A stretch of DNA of 63,860 nucleotides, the filler included, from Klebsormidium nitens (taxonomy: Eukaryota > Plantae > Klebsormidiophyceae), in assembly GCA_000708835.1 (NCBI GenBank). It is 5 parts of 5 records of this genome, joined end to end, with 100 filler letters (N's around TTAATTAATTAA, not from the genome) between each part and the next. Parts side by side here need not be neighbours in the genome. Positions count along the whole stretch, not along the records: positions 1 to 17,372 come from DF237965.1; 4 more parts are not named here. One strand, written 5' to 3'. Under the pieces are notes generated by a model. The model was not told the origin of the DNA. It was given only the letters and a program-made list of their open reading frames with translations, and did no database searches. This document shows positions 1 to 12,276 of the stretch, piece by piece (position 1 is the stretch's first letter; the number at the start of each line of letters is the position of its first letter). The position numbers were made by a program, and so were the translations under genes.

Positions 1-611
1 TTTCGTTTTCGAGTGCCCAGCTTATAGGTTCTTACGCACAGAGCGGTACATGGATTTGTTTGTTGGCCAGTCCGCATTTAGTCTGCGTCATTTTATAGGT
101 CAGGAGAACCAACAGAGGGTTGCTAGCTTTGTTAGAGAGGCGTTTAGGACTCGAGACTACATTCAGACCTTGTCTCATGAGCCACCCATGGCTCATACGG
201 GACTATAAAATAAATTGATTGATTGATTGATTGGCTGAGGTCATGGCTGTCACCGGAAAACGCGGTTAACGCAAATCGTACGACCTTTAGGTTGTACCGG
301 GTAGGGTACAAGGGCAGGACTTCCAATTTCCACCCGTACATTGACCGTACGGTTTCACTCTTGCATGATGCATCAATATCGGGGCTGAAGCCCTCAGTGC
401 TGCAAGTAGGACAAAGTACACTATTATATTAGTGTCTCCGGAAATTTCTTCAGTGTTATCACCCTCCCGTGCCGCGACCTTAAATGAGAAGCTGGCCGGT
501 AGGTACCACAAACCGGGCACTTGTTATCGCCGGCCGGGTAGCTGGACGACGGGCAAAGCTTCCAGTGTCAATCAGGTTCGAATCGTTTTAGCTACCTAAT
601 ACCGCTATCCG

Positions 612-836
612 GTGACTGTGACTGTAACTTTGAATTTATGATTGACACTGTGACTGTGGTTGAGACTGTGACTGCGACTGTGACTGGGACATTATTAAGT
701 TTTAATTGTGACCGTAAACTGTGGCGCTTCTAACCTGCCGGAAACCAATTGTGACTCAAACTGTGACTCTTGACACTGCAACTTTGATAGGTACCGACTA
801 GGTCCTAGACAGTGACTGTGACTGTGACTGTGACTT
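612..836 (+). repeat. GTGACT hexamer microsatellite-like patches
   Basis: Runs such as gtgactgtgactgtaact (612-629), gactgtgactgcgactgtgact (664-685) and gtgactgtgactgtgactgtgact (812-835), directly visible. Confidence 0.8.
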
Positions 837-2559
837 GAATGTAAAGGCAGTGACTCGGCAGTGTCACCGGGAAAGTTGAGAGGTCTCGGGGAAGTGGCTC
901 GGTACCATGCCGGTGCCCGGTCGAGGAGGACCGGAGTCCCGCATCCAAGAAAACAGATCATTCTGACACATGTCAGACCATCAACCAATGCCTGCACAGA
1001 TTGACGCCCTGTGAGAGTATTTACTCTGACAGATCGACTGGAGACACTAATATAGGTACAAGAAAAGTCAAAACTCTGTCGGGTTTAATCCTACCATGGC
1101 GTTTTGTCAGCGGCCGGTTGCCCCTCGGATAATATTGCCGGCTACGGTTTATAAGCCGGCCGGCTTTTAGTTTTAACGGGGGCTGGGCACAGCAAGTGTT
1201 TGCATGCATTTTCGATCTGCTGGCTGCATGAGCAGCCGCGGCCCCGGCGGGGTGCCTTCGGCACCGGCCGGAGGGCCTTCCCGGCCGGCCAGGTTTGCAC
1301 CAGGCTGCCGGGCCTACGTACGTACTGGATGTACCCGTAGAGACATTGGTACAGAAATACCGTACCGGTACCTACCCCGTTTTATGCCTTGTTCCTCGCG
1401 GAAAATCTGGGTAGATGTACGGTAATAAATATTCGCACCCACTTTAATACGGTATGATGTACGGTACGTAGATCTGACAAATATACCTAGTACAGCGACC
1501 TTTCAAGCATTGGTCTCCAGTGTCCACTTTCGACTCTGCACCAATGGCAATGGTTACAAACTGTCTTGAATTCCCCACCTAACCACTGTTTCAGTCCAGT
1601 CACAGCCAAGGTTTGTGCAAATGAGCTCCCACAGTCCCACTTTTGATCAACTCTGAGGAAGTCGAGCCAGTCGGGAGCCAGTCCTGCTTTAATACGGCCC
1701 GAGTCGCTGAAGTTGAAGGGCAACGGCAGAACGTATACGTAACCAGTGATCTACAATGCCCGGCGCTACAGTGGTTCCAGATTCATCAGTCCAGTGTGAC
1801 GACCGGCGGAGATCACGTTCGCAGGCGAGTACCTAGAAAGTGGTAGTAGTAGTGGTACAGTTTGGCGAGCTGCCGCGCCTACTCAACCTAGCTGGGCGTA
1901 AGTTTTGAGAACGCCGCACGGCCCTGCATGGTTGGTCGCGCGTGGCTTTGGCCAAGGAGGGCCCGCCCGCCCAGCTACCGTAATACCTCGCCAATTCATG
2001 AGATTCCTGTGTTCTGTATGTTCTGTGGCGCCCAGCAAAGTTTGGCCTGATCAGTGTCCTCGAATCTCAATAATTGCAAGGTCGAAGCAAGCAAAAGCAA
2101 CTGAGTTGTTGGCGTCCCTGGGCTTCAGTGAATGACTTTGGTCGTACCTAGCTAGGGTAGAGCCTGAGCGACCTTTCCACCACCCCTTGAGATTTTAATG
2201 TCGGCGTCGATTGGGAGAATACAATGCAAGGCTCGTTGTCACGGTGTCTGGAGAACTCATGAACTTTCAATGATGATGAAGCTAGGCCTCTATGTGATAG
2301 GCAGCCGAAAAATAGGATTCCTGCCCTCTTATCTCGGCATACCCAGGTTTAAATGAAGGCAATCTGCTGGGATCTCTTCATTTGCATACTTAGAAGTTAA
2401 CCTTGGTATTGAATCTCAGCAAGCTGTAAAGTCCTAAAAAAGCCTTTGGATCTGCCAACCTGCTAAATACAAAAAGTAGCCACGCTGTGGAGAGCACCTA
2501 GCAGCTGCCAAGCAGGGGGCTTCTATTGCTCAACTGGCACTGGGGCCCGTTTCCTGGAA

Positions 2560-5500
2560 ATGGGGACACCATACGCAACCAGTGCATGGTCAATCTGGCG
2601 TATGGCACTCCTCTTCAGCTCTGTGGGGTTAGCAGCTGCAATCTGCAACGAGTTTCCGTCAATCTACAACGAGCTTAGCTCCCAGGCAGTCGCAAGCTGC
2701 GACAGCACTGTCACCAATACTATACAGGTGAGACAGTCTTGTATAGAGCATACCATGAGAAGGTGTCAGTGAAAAACGGTTTCTTGAGCTGAGAGCCTGA
2801 GGACTTTCTTCGTAAGTAGTCCTGGAAAGTAGGTCTAGAACACGAGGCTTATGTCCGGATGAGATTGCACAGATGGTATGTGGTTGCTCCTCAAGGATTG
2901 CCTTTGCAAAGAAATTCCATGTGCGGGTCTTCTGGTGTTGTGCTTAGCCCTCCAACATTGTGGGTCTGCAAGCTGGTGGGTTGTCCTGATGGGTTGCCCA
3001 AAGAAGAGTTAGGGTGGTAACAACCTGTCTGGCATACTCACTCTCAGGAAAGCTTTCTGGAAGCTAGAAACTCATGGTAGCTAAGAGTACGTCAAGGAGG
3101 GTGTTACAAGTCGGGTGCTGCTATTAATGGAAGGCTTGGAGGTTTTCAAACAGTGTGGTTTTCCTTGTGTGGTTGCACAGCCTGGAGTCGTTAACTGCAT
3201 AGCTGACAAGGTGTAGACAATGTGGTCCTCCTCAAAGTGTCTGTTCACACACAGTCAAGGTGCTAGCCAAAATCTTACCTCTTGACTGGCCATCTCATGC
3301 AGGGGTACTTCCACAGCTCTGTTCTCAAGTACGGCATCGCTACTGTAACAAGCACCCAAGCATGCTGCCAGCGGTGCAGCCTTGACCCATTCTGCAGATA
3401 TTGGTCCATTGACACTGTAGCGGGGACGTGCATCCTATACGACATGACAGCATGCACTGCCTCCTCAAGCTTGTTCTACTCGTTCAACAAGAACAAATTT
3501 GTGACGGGTGTGGGGACCGGGACAGGCAAGCGCTACTCTGCGCTACTCTACTTCTGTTGATGAATGATCAGCATTGTGCTTACTTTGAAAATTGTGGGGT
3601 ACGCACGGGACATCCTCTCTGTATGACTTTAAGTTGCAGGGAGCGAGCAGCACTTAGACCGACCTTTTGATGGCCCTCTCCAAATTAATCCTGCTTGTGT
3701 CCATCTACTCATATCCTAAATTTAGCCTCTCCAAAATTGGCTGCGTTTACAGTCCTTCTTCTCCCTTGTTTGATAGCCAGCTTCTTGCTTTTTCAGGCGT
3801 AAGCGCAACCAAAGACCCGCACTTTGAGTTTCTCGTCCTCGATCGCACAATCAACGCAACCGTCAATTTCGGATTTGACTTCCATGGTGAAGCAGGACAG
3901 TCCTACTGCATGGTCACTGATTCCCGGCTACAGGTGAGGTATAAGCTATGTGAGGGTCAACGTGATTCGGCTTTGCTGACTTGCCACCAATGTTGCAACT
4001 GGAAGGCGCTGTCAGCTTCTGACAGGTGGACCCGTGCATCAATAGAAAGTCCATTGTCTGCTCACTGTACTGCTGCTTCGTTTTGACAGAGCAAGATGGA
4101 CAGGAGATCTCAAGAAGCCTGGTACTCATCACATCAGCTCTAATACTGTCACCGTCTTCATTTGCAGCTCAATGTTCGCATGTTCGGCCTCAGTCCGGAA
4201 GCAAAGATTATCAAGGATCTCAGCGCACAGCCAGACCCGGACCCATTCTTCCTGGGAACCTGGATGTACGCCCTTGAGATCATGTACCTGGATCAGTATG
4301 GAGAGCAGCAGGCTTTGAGTATTGTCCAAGTTGACACCAAGAAAGGAGCTGAGGACGCACTGCCGTTGCTCGTGAGCTCCCAAGGACACGTGCTTGATTT
4401 GGCAAAGGTAAGCAGGACGCCTTTCTTGCTATGGTACCTGGTCCTTCATTCCACGCTAAGAATGACGGGTTTTGTGATACTCATGGCTCATGATCAGATC
4501 GTTGCAAAGCTGACGGTTTTGTGTGAACTCCCACGCAAGATCAGATAGTATGCTGAAAATCTGAGAACTACAATGGGGCTATCAGTTTGCTCCGCAGGTT
4601 GTACACTGCAATTGCTGAATAGGGGTACAGCTCGAGCGCTCCTACTAAAGTTTGTGACAGACCATCAGGAACATCTGCGATGCTTTGGATGGGGTTCCAA
4701 AGACTAGTAGGTTCCAAAGACTAGTAGGTTCCTAAGACCTGAATCCACAGGGCAACTATCATTAATTTCGATCTATTTTAACATTTTTCGAATCCTTGCA
4801 GGCTCCGTGGACCAGCGATGACGGCCTAGCATCTGTTGCTTTAGCTAGCCACCAACACGGCAGCAAAGTGATCATCACAGTGGACGACCTGGTAAACCTC
4901 GAAGTGAAGGTGGATTACGAGACAGAGCTCATCGTCGAGCCACCCGTCCGTTTCCTCACTGTGAACCTCAGGAGCTTGTCAACGAGTACCGACGTCCATG
5001 GGGTAAGTTCCTTTTCCTCCACTCTGATCCAAGTCATCCTCTGCTCTTCTATCTGCTTGCGCATACTTCAAATTGCTTACTGCTTCAAAGTTGATGAGGG
5101 TTGAAAGATACAGGAGTGGAGACTGGCGGTGACGCCTAAACACGTTTCATCAGAGCTCAGGGAAGGTAACGAGGAGACAGAAAGTGCCGTCCGGCAACAA
5201 CTCACTCGAGGAACGTCAAGAGAAGCAACTCGAGAATCCGCAGTGACTCATGAGCTACTCATGAGCTCTGCAGAAGTTTGCTTTCCATGCTGCATGTGCT
5301 GATACGCGCTTGTCTGATTGGCATCATTCGTTGTAAGCTTTGCCAGCGCTTCGTCCGTTTTGGTTCCGGCGTCGTGACAGGGTCAGGCAAGAACACGAAC
5401 CGATGACAATGCTTATCTCAGGATTTATTGGCTGTTAAACATAGTTGCTTACGGGCTGGTTCAAAGCTGGTTGAATGTCCAATGACCAGACTAGAGCGGT

Positions 5501-6141
5501 AACCACGTTTTCAGCATGGCTATAACGTGGTTATTGGTCAAAGAACCACGTTAAATTCTGGTTATGAAACCTGGTTCGCAGCCAAACCTTCCTATGTATT
5601 GTGAGCTGTGCAGTTTTTGGGCCACATGTTCCGCCCCGGCGCAGTCGAAGAACGTCTGGCAATGGGCACGCTGGATTGCCTTGGCCATCGAGAGTATATC
5701 GAGGGGTTGGACCAAGACTACCAGACTACGAACCTCAGCACCTTCGACTGTTCGTTCAGCCGGTTTGGAAAGGTAAGCCACGACTCCGCTGGAAAGTGAC
5801 CCGGGACGTATTTTTAGTGGACGCTCAAGATGTAGTGAAGCTCGATCGCCAGGCTCCTTTCATTGCACACTCCTTGAACGGATGTTACATCAGGGTATGA
5901 CCACCACTGGTGCAGCTTTGAGTTCAGCTCTGGTTCGGCAGTATAATTCGTGAAATTACCTGTCCAACGTCAGTACCGCTCTGTGGGTTGGTGTGATCAA
6001 GGGTTCTGAGACTCAGCGGTCGCGAGCTCGTTGACCCTGATCGAATTGCGTCTTTGTTCTCCTCTGCAGATTGATATTGAATCTATCGCTGACGATGGAG
6101 TCGCGGTACTCGAAGCTGGCGGCCGTGGCATCAAGAGATGA
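2560..6141 (+). CDS. Secreted protein, ~399 aa: signal peptide + PAN/Apple-like Cys domain + Root_cap/VWD-like domain; 7 exons (2560-2727, 3303-3525, 3797-3933, 4168-4407, 4802-5002, 5614-5772, 6070-6141)
   Basis: All junctions are phase-consistent. Exon 2 has CCQRCSLDPFCRYWS..TCILY (PAN-like). Later exons read KDPH...FDFHGEAGQSYCMVTDSRLQLNVRMFG...GTWMYAL...STDVHG|FLGHMFRP...YQTTNLSTFDCSFSRF, which follows the plant Root_cap family pattern (FxFHG..F/YCxVSDxxLxINAxF; VHGVLGxTYRP; YxTxxLxxxDC). The intron 2 donor is probably GC (AG|GCAAGC at 3526). Confidence 0.75.
5428..5582. mobile_element. Intronic quasi-palindromic MITE-like element, copy 1 (AACC/GGTT-rich family)
   Basis: Ends GGCTG...CAGCC; alignable by eye to the copies at 21171 and 34889 (ttaaacatagttgcttacgggctggtt; ctggttatgaaacctggttcgcagcc). 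Confidence 0.5.
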
Positions 6142-7859
6142 AAGGCTTCTGGAAGTCTCAACAGACCTGCACGGTTCTCGTTCGAACCCCTGGCCAGTCA
6201 GTCTGGAGCGCCAGGGCACGGAAAATGGGTTTGTGTTGTATTGAATAAAATCAGAGGCGTAGTACATGTACTGGTATGGGTTTCCCAGAGTTTCTAGGGT
6301 CTTCAAGGAATAAGTGATCGCAGGTCACCTGACATGGTACTTCTGGATCCGCGATTGTTGACCTTGTAGCTTAAGCAGCTTGTACGTATGCTGATTGCAT
6401 GGCAGCAATATGATGGAGAACAGGACATGGTTATCGAGTCGGTCCCTTTGACAGCGTATAACAGCACCCTGCGCTTGCTGGTTGTACCAGAGGTTCGATC
6501 GATGAAGACAAACCTGGCAAACGTTGATCATGGAGCATTTTGGAGTAGACATCGCCCCTACAGATCGAACTTACCCGTATTGGGTACGGTACGGGCAGTC
6601 TTAAGTCCAAATGGAAGCCGTATGGAAATCCATGCTCATGCATTGATGTCGCATGAATTGATCGATGTCGCAAGGGACCCATGTTGAGTGGAATCAATAC
6701 ACAATCCATGCGGGATCGAGTCCATGCGGATGCCATCCCGGCGAACCGACGGTAGCTTATAAGATTCAGTACTAGCGGCTTATTGCAGGTTCGCCGGCGC
6801 AGCATGCTGACGTCATGCATTGCAACCAACTAGGTAATCACGTATGCAGAGCCCCATAGGAGTTCCGCCCACATATTGCAGACCACGCTCCGTCAAACGC
6901 TCCGTCAAACAATTATATCGACACGCACTTCTGAGACTTGAAGCGTCGGGATTTCTCAGTGCCAAAAGAGGCAACAACCTACAAGCTGTCCAGTAAACCT
7001 ACATCCGTCCGTGCAGTACCTGGCACCTGCCCTGTCAAACTAGTATCAACGAGCCGCTGAAACGTACACCTCGAATGCAGTGAATAGTTCGAGATCACCT
7101 CCAATTGGGTGCCCCGATCGGAAACAATCTCGGACGCATCGTTGTCAACTCTGCAAAGCAGCGCTCTAAGTAGCAGCGTCACGTCACGTCACTCCGGCTC
7201 GGCAGCTCCTTGCCGGCGCGGACAAGGCTCAGCTGCAAAAGCAACAGAGAAGCGAACGGACAGAATTAGCACTTTCCGCTTCGACGAGGAGAGCAAAGCC
7301 AAATTCTGCGGCCCTGTAATTGCGACTGGTTGAAGTCGCGCACTCGGTTGCGGTTCAAGCCAGTCGGACGGTGGGGATTGTTGAAAGCGATCCCAGGCTC
7401 GGCTCACCCGAGCACTTTCCTCACCTCCTCTTCGCTTGCGAAGGTGATTCAAGAAAAGCTTTTCTGTGACACTTACTCAGCGTTCCCGTCAACCAAAGCC
7501 GTAGGATTCAAAAGTCGGCTGTAAACTTGAATCAGCCAAAAGAGAAGCAGTGAATCACCCTACCCAGTAATGCTTTTCGCTCGACCGGCACATCCGACTC
7601 GAAGCGAGTTGCCTATTCAGAAGAGGTCGATCGCGGAAAACAGTGGTACATGCAAGAAGGGTCTTCAACGAATGAATGAAACACAGTCGTGCTCCAACCT
7701 GATCTCAGGAACTGTAGTTGTGACTTACCATGGACGATTTCGATCACTTCCCAGTATTGTAAACCCTTCACTCCAGCTGCGCGCGGCATCCGAAGCTGAC
7801 TAAAGAGCGTTACACAGGTTGCACAAAAGATCTCTTTCCAAATTCAAAGGCACGTACCT

Positions 7860-9110
7860 AAGCGTCTCCAGGAAGGACCCCGTCCTCCTCCGCCACCTCC
7901 CGGCACACGTCCTCGTCCGGCCCTTCGAAGCGGAAGGTTTGGATCAGCTTCTCGTTGCCGACTGGGGCCGGCTTCCACGGGGCACGACCTCAAACTTGTC
8001 GTTCGGCAGGTAGCCATCTAGATGCAGCTGCCAGATGTACCGGGCCGAGTCTTCGATCTTGTTGCGGTCCTGATGGAGCGTTCGTACTGCTGAGCGTCTT
8101 GTCCAAGAACCCGAGGTCGCCCTGAAAGGATGCGATTTGATGTCAGCATCAAGCCGGCAGGTAAGAGCAAAATCTCGTAGAATCGTTGAGAGAAAGAGAG
8201 ACCGGAGCCAATAATGGCCGGTCTGCTGTTGCACATGTACATCGTAATCTCGTTTTCCACTGAGCATCGATCGGCGACCTGCATAAATGTATGGTCAAGT
8301 TTGCAGGCTCGGCAGAGTTTCATTTCAGAATGTAAAACCTGGACAAGTGGGGAGAGCACGTCGACTTCTGTTTTTTATTGATGCAACATTCCTGGACGGA
8401 GAGCGGAAAAGGACCGTACGGAAAGCTTGAAAAGGATATCCAGATTGATCTTGAGAGAGAACATTGAAGCACATTGGGTACGTTCAAAAGTTGGTGTCGA
8501 ACGTTGCTGGCAGACCTGTAGGGCCTGGAGTGACCCAGACCACGCCGAAGTCTGCAAGAGAGTTTCGAGCTATCACAAGGCCAAACATGCACGGAAGTTG
8601 AGCAGCGGTGTGGATCAGGCTTTGCCGCAACCTACGTTTTGAGACTTTAAAAACCTTTTCTGAACTCGGTTCCAATTCAGCGGAGACAAATCAAATTCTT
8701 AAGTAGGAAAAAGGTACGGCCATGACAGCAAGGTCGGCAATCTGGTCTGGAAGCAGACTGTCAATCGGGTTGGAGAACAGTTCAGCCTTGAGCGGCGTGT
8801 ATCTAATAAATGGCGAATCCTACCCGTTCCTGGAAAGCATCTATCAAGAGTCTGAAATCAGGGCCTAAACCGTCCACACTCTGCCGTGTCCCCTACTGCT
8901 TTTACTTTTCCGGCTAATCTTTCAGCGAAGCTTGAAAACTCACCACGCGGGTGATGAACGCCAGGATGTCGGTCCAGACGCCGAGCGGCTCGGCGAGTTA
9001 AGCGTTCTTGCCGCTCATTGCAACAGCAACCGCCTTGTAGATGACGTCACCCTTGTAGTCGTTGGTCACGGAGTCGGAGTTTCCTTCGCCACGCAGCCAC
9101 GTTTTGCCTG
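7860..9110 (-). pseudogene. Degraded multi-exon coding remnants of unknown family, probably transposon-derived
   Basis: GC-rich exon-like blocks: DRNKIEDSARYIWQLHLDGYLPNDKFEVVP/frameshift/WKPAPVGNEKLIQTFRFEGPDEDVCREVAEEDG (7870-8072) and GEGNSDSVTNDYKGDVIYKAVAVAMSGKNA*LAEPLGVWTDILAFITRV (8945-9110), with an internal stop. Confidence 0.4.
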
Positions 9111-11854
9111 CAGAAGCCAAGAGCTTTCACCAGATTCATGTTGCCGACGACCATCGAACACATCAAGTTGGCACGTGCACGGGCTAGACCAGGAGATAGG
9201 TAAGCCGAAAGGCACTTCGAAGCTACGAACGGATTTGGTCTGATCACATACTTACATCAAGGTGACCAGACAAGAAGCTCATTGGGCCGGACGTTTACGT
9301 AGCCAGGTTTAGGTGCTTGATAGTCATGAAAACCCTCTCAAGCGCTTTTTGGATGGCAGCTTTCGGTTGAGTCTAGAGGCGTGCAGATTTAATCCATTCA
9401 GCGAACGACAAGAGACGGCTGTTAAAAATGCGGGTAGGCAGAGTTGTTTGCTGTATCCAGGTGACTGATCACAAAGCGAAAGAGATAAACTAACCGAACA
9501 GTACTGTGACTCAGGGAAAGGCTTTCAAGCACTTTTGCAAACTCACAGCGTCAGCTTATGAAGTGAGATTTTTGACGAAACGGGGGCAGGAGAGATGCTT
9601 GTCACGACTTACTTGCCACAAGCTCCGCAAGAGCTACGACTCTCGCCCGGACGTCGGCAAGGGAGGCTGTACTTGGAAAGGAGCTCTATGCTTGTCTCTT
9701 TCGCCTGCTGCATCGTCCTTGGCAGCAAAAGATTCACTATCCAAGTGCATATCAGCACGTCTGCCAATGCCAGTTCCCTTAGCCAACTTTTGCCAAACGG
9801 TTGCTTGGCTGCATATGCAGCCTTGAACAACTGCTTTGGAATGGGGCGCAGTCGTCCTTCTTTTTGCTGGCAGATAGTGGATCCATTTTCAGAGCTGGAG
9901 AGAAAGTTGGTTTGCTACAATGCTGTAACATGCTGCACCGCCTGTCAGCTCAAGGAGAAAATATGCAACACCATAAACAGAAAGAAGCAGACTACTGACC
10001 AGGTTTTGAGCTGACTGCTGCTTCTAAACAAGGAACGCCCCCCTCATTTGCTCATCAGACCTATTCTGCTGAAGGAGCGCTTCCAATGTTGCGGCATGGA
10101 AGCCTCAAAAGCTGATCAGCTAGAGAGGAGCCACGCTGACAATGCGAACGAGGATGACCCATCTTTGAAAAGTTAGCAACCTGAAGAATCTTGAGCACTG
10201 CGGAAAATCTGCTTCTGCTCTAAACTCCAAGTTAGATACATACCGTAATTGATAGATCTGCAAGTGAGTCTCCTTAGAACCGTTCTGGCATTGGCATTAG
10301 TTCTCGAATTTTCAGCACATGTTGAGCTCTTATGAACACAGCAGCCGTCAGAAGTACCGGCTTTGTAAGTTGCTCTCAACCATGTTTCCCGCTGATTTGG
10401 TCGCCGTTTCTGCCGTTTCCCTTCAAACAACAATTCGAATCTGGAGAATATATTGGATGAAGTGCATGTCCATGAACCTGCCTGAAAACTTGTCCTGAAT
10501 GGAGCAACATTTCAAATGACACAGCATCTCACCGTGCAATGCAGAGAGACGCAGGAGAGACGCCAACAATTCAAGCAGCCTTAGCAGGTACGGTTCTCAA
10601 TGCTCCGACTCAGAGTCATGGAAGAAGAAGCAGTGTGAACAACTCTTCACTTGGCACATAATTGTTTGGCAGCTTGTTGAAAATGGCAGCATCATGAGGT
10701 GCACCGGAACTATTTTTGGTTGGTTCCATTTGAATTAAGCATCACAGAAGCTGCCCCAAGATGACCCTCTCCTATTCTGACTGCGCAGCACCAGGCTTTG
10801 CAAACCGGCAAGCTCTGGGATCCCACCGAAGCAGCAAGTGCCCTGGCAAGCTCACTGGTGAATCCTTAACCCAACATAAGCGCAAGGCGTCCGCGCAGCA
10901 AAAGCTCGCTGGAGATCCAGCTTCTAGTGGTTAACGTGGACAATGTAGCGGACAAGCTTGCTAGGGTTGATCTGCCAAGAGATAGAGCCGCTCCTCCGAA
11001 AAATGCAGTTCATCTAGCAAGCTAGCCCCCAGAGAATTGACAATGCTGCAAAAGACTTCCATGATGACCCGGAGGTGATGTTGCAGATGACAATGCTGCC
11101 AACAATGTGCACCAGAGCTTTGCTGCCTTCGATATGTTCGCTGGCAAGCTCAACGTCCGGCTTGCCTGGTTGGAGCAGGTGGCGTCGCCTCTAGATCCCA
11201 ACTAGCATCCGCCAATCGCTTCCAAGTACGCGTCGCACTTATTAGCCGACCAAGAGAACGAGGTGCTGAGCTTGGCGTCCGTCCTGAGAAAGCAATTGGG
11301 GAAGGACTACGACAACATTGAGAAGGGCGTGGTGAGTGTGGCCGAAACCTGTTCGGATTCTTAGTCTGTGATTGCTTCTACCGGCTGAGTTTCAGATGCA
11401 ACATTTGCGCAGAGTTACTTGATTTGTCCTTCAGTGATGTGAGGCGTTCTATTTCCCCAAGTTACTTCCTGCCAGGGCCTGCATTGTGTTCTAAAGTTTC
11501 TGTCCATTGGATATACAAGTTACTTCCGGGAATTATATCTACTCAATCTGCCTCTGTTTTTGAAGGCGCCGCGTTTGCTGGAAGATGTCACAATCTTGAC
11601 TGTGACTGCACTTCACCGTAAAGCTTCCTTTCTCAGTAGATTGAGGTAGAGTTCTGGCTCGTACCATTAGAGGTTCAATTGGCTAGACTCTGCCGTTTCT
11701 TTGTGACGTAGCTTTCAGGAAAGAGTGATTGAATTTCCCACTGAAAACTGTACAAGGCAAACTTTCATGTTGCACTGCGCAACTCGCTCGCGCTTATAAC
11801 TCTCGCCCTATATTAACACTTTCCTGGACTTCTCTCCGACAACCTTGTGATCAG

Positions 11855-12276
11855 GTGACTGTACAGACAGCGCTCGGCCTGCCCGTCGGCGACAGCGACC
11901 CCTTCGGCAGCTGGCCGATGTACGCGCGCGCAACCACGGATCTCCACAACCGCCCGTGGTTCGACAACGTGGTGCTGCAAGGGGAGGGTCCGGACCAATC
12001 GCCGGTTGACCTGTACGCCCGGGTGCGGATGTTCCTCAGTTTCTGGCTCGTGGAAACGGTGACGAGGGCCCGGACGTGCAGCGAGGTGGCGCTCGTGCGC
12101 TACTACATGGAGTTGGGCAGTTGTGACGTCACCAAGTGCAAGCAGCTGCGGTGGGACAGGAGAGCGTGGTCAAGCTGGTGGACACCGCCGACATCCTCCG
12201 AGCGGTGCACATCGTCCCCAAAATCGACAGGAAGGGCACCTACGACCTGAAATGGATTCTCTTCCACTACTCCTAG
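11855..12276 (+). pseudogene. Frameshifted C-terminal exon of a Plavaka/CACTA-related transposase-like protein
   Basis: ARATTDLHNRPWFDNV...LYARVRMF...VALVRYY...LRWD/frameshift/LVDTADILRAVHIVP resembles the C-terminal pattern of Plavaka-like transposases, recognised from memory only. More decayed exon-like blocks lie at 9600-11330. Confidence 0.45.

Noticed and set aside
4696-4738. GTTCCAAAGACTAGTAG 17-bp tandem duplication and (ATTG)n at 214-233
   Set aside because: Ordinary slippage repeats in non-coding DNA.
5527-5555. AACGTGGTT...AACCACGTT hairpin resembling the pistol ribozyme P1
   Set aside because: The pseudoknot and downstream pistol core are missing; explained by the palindromic MITE it lies in.
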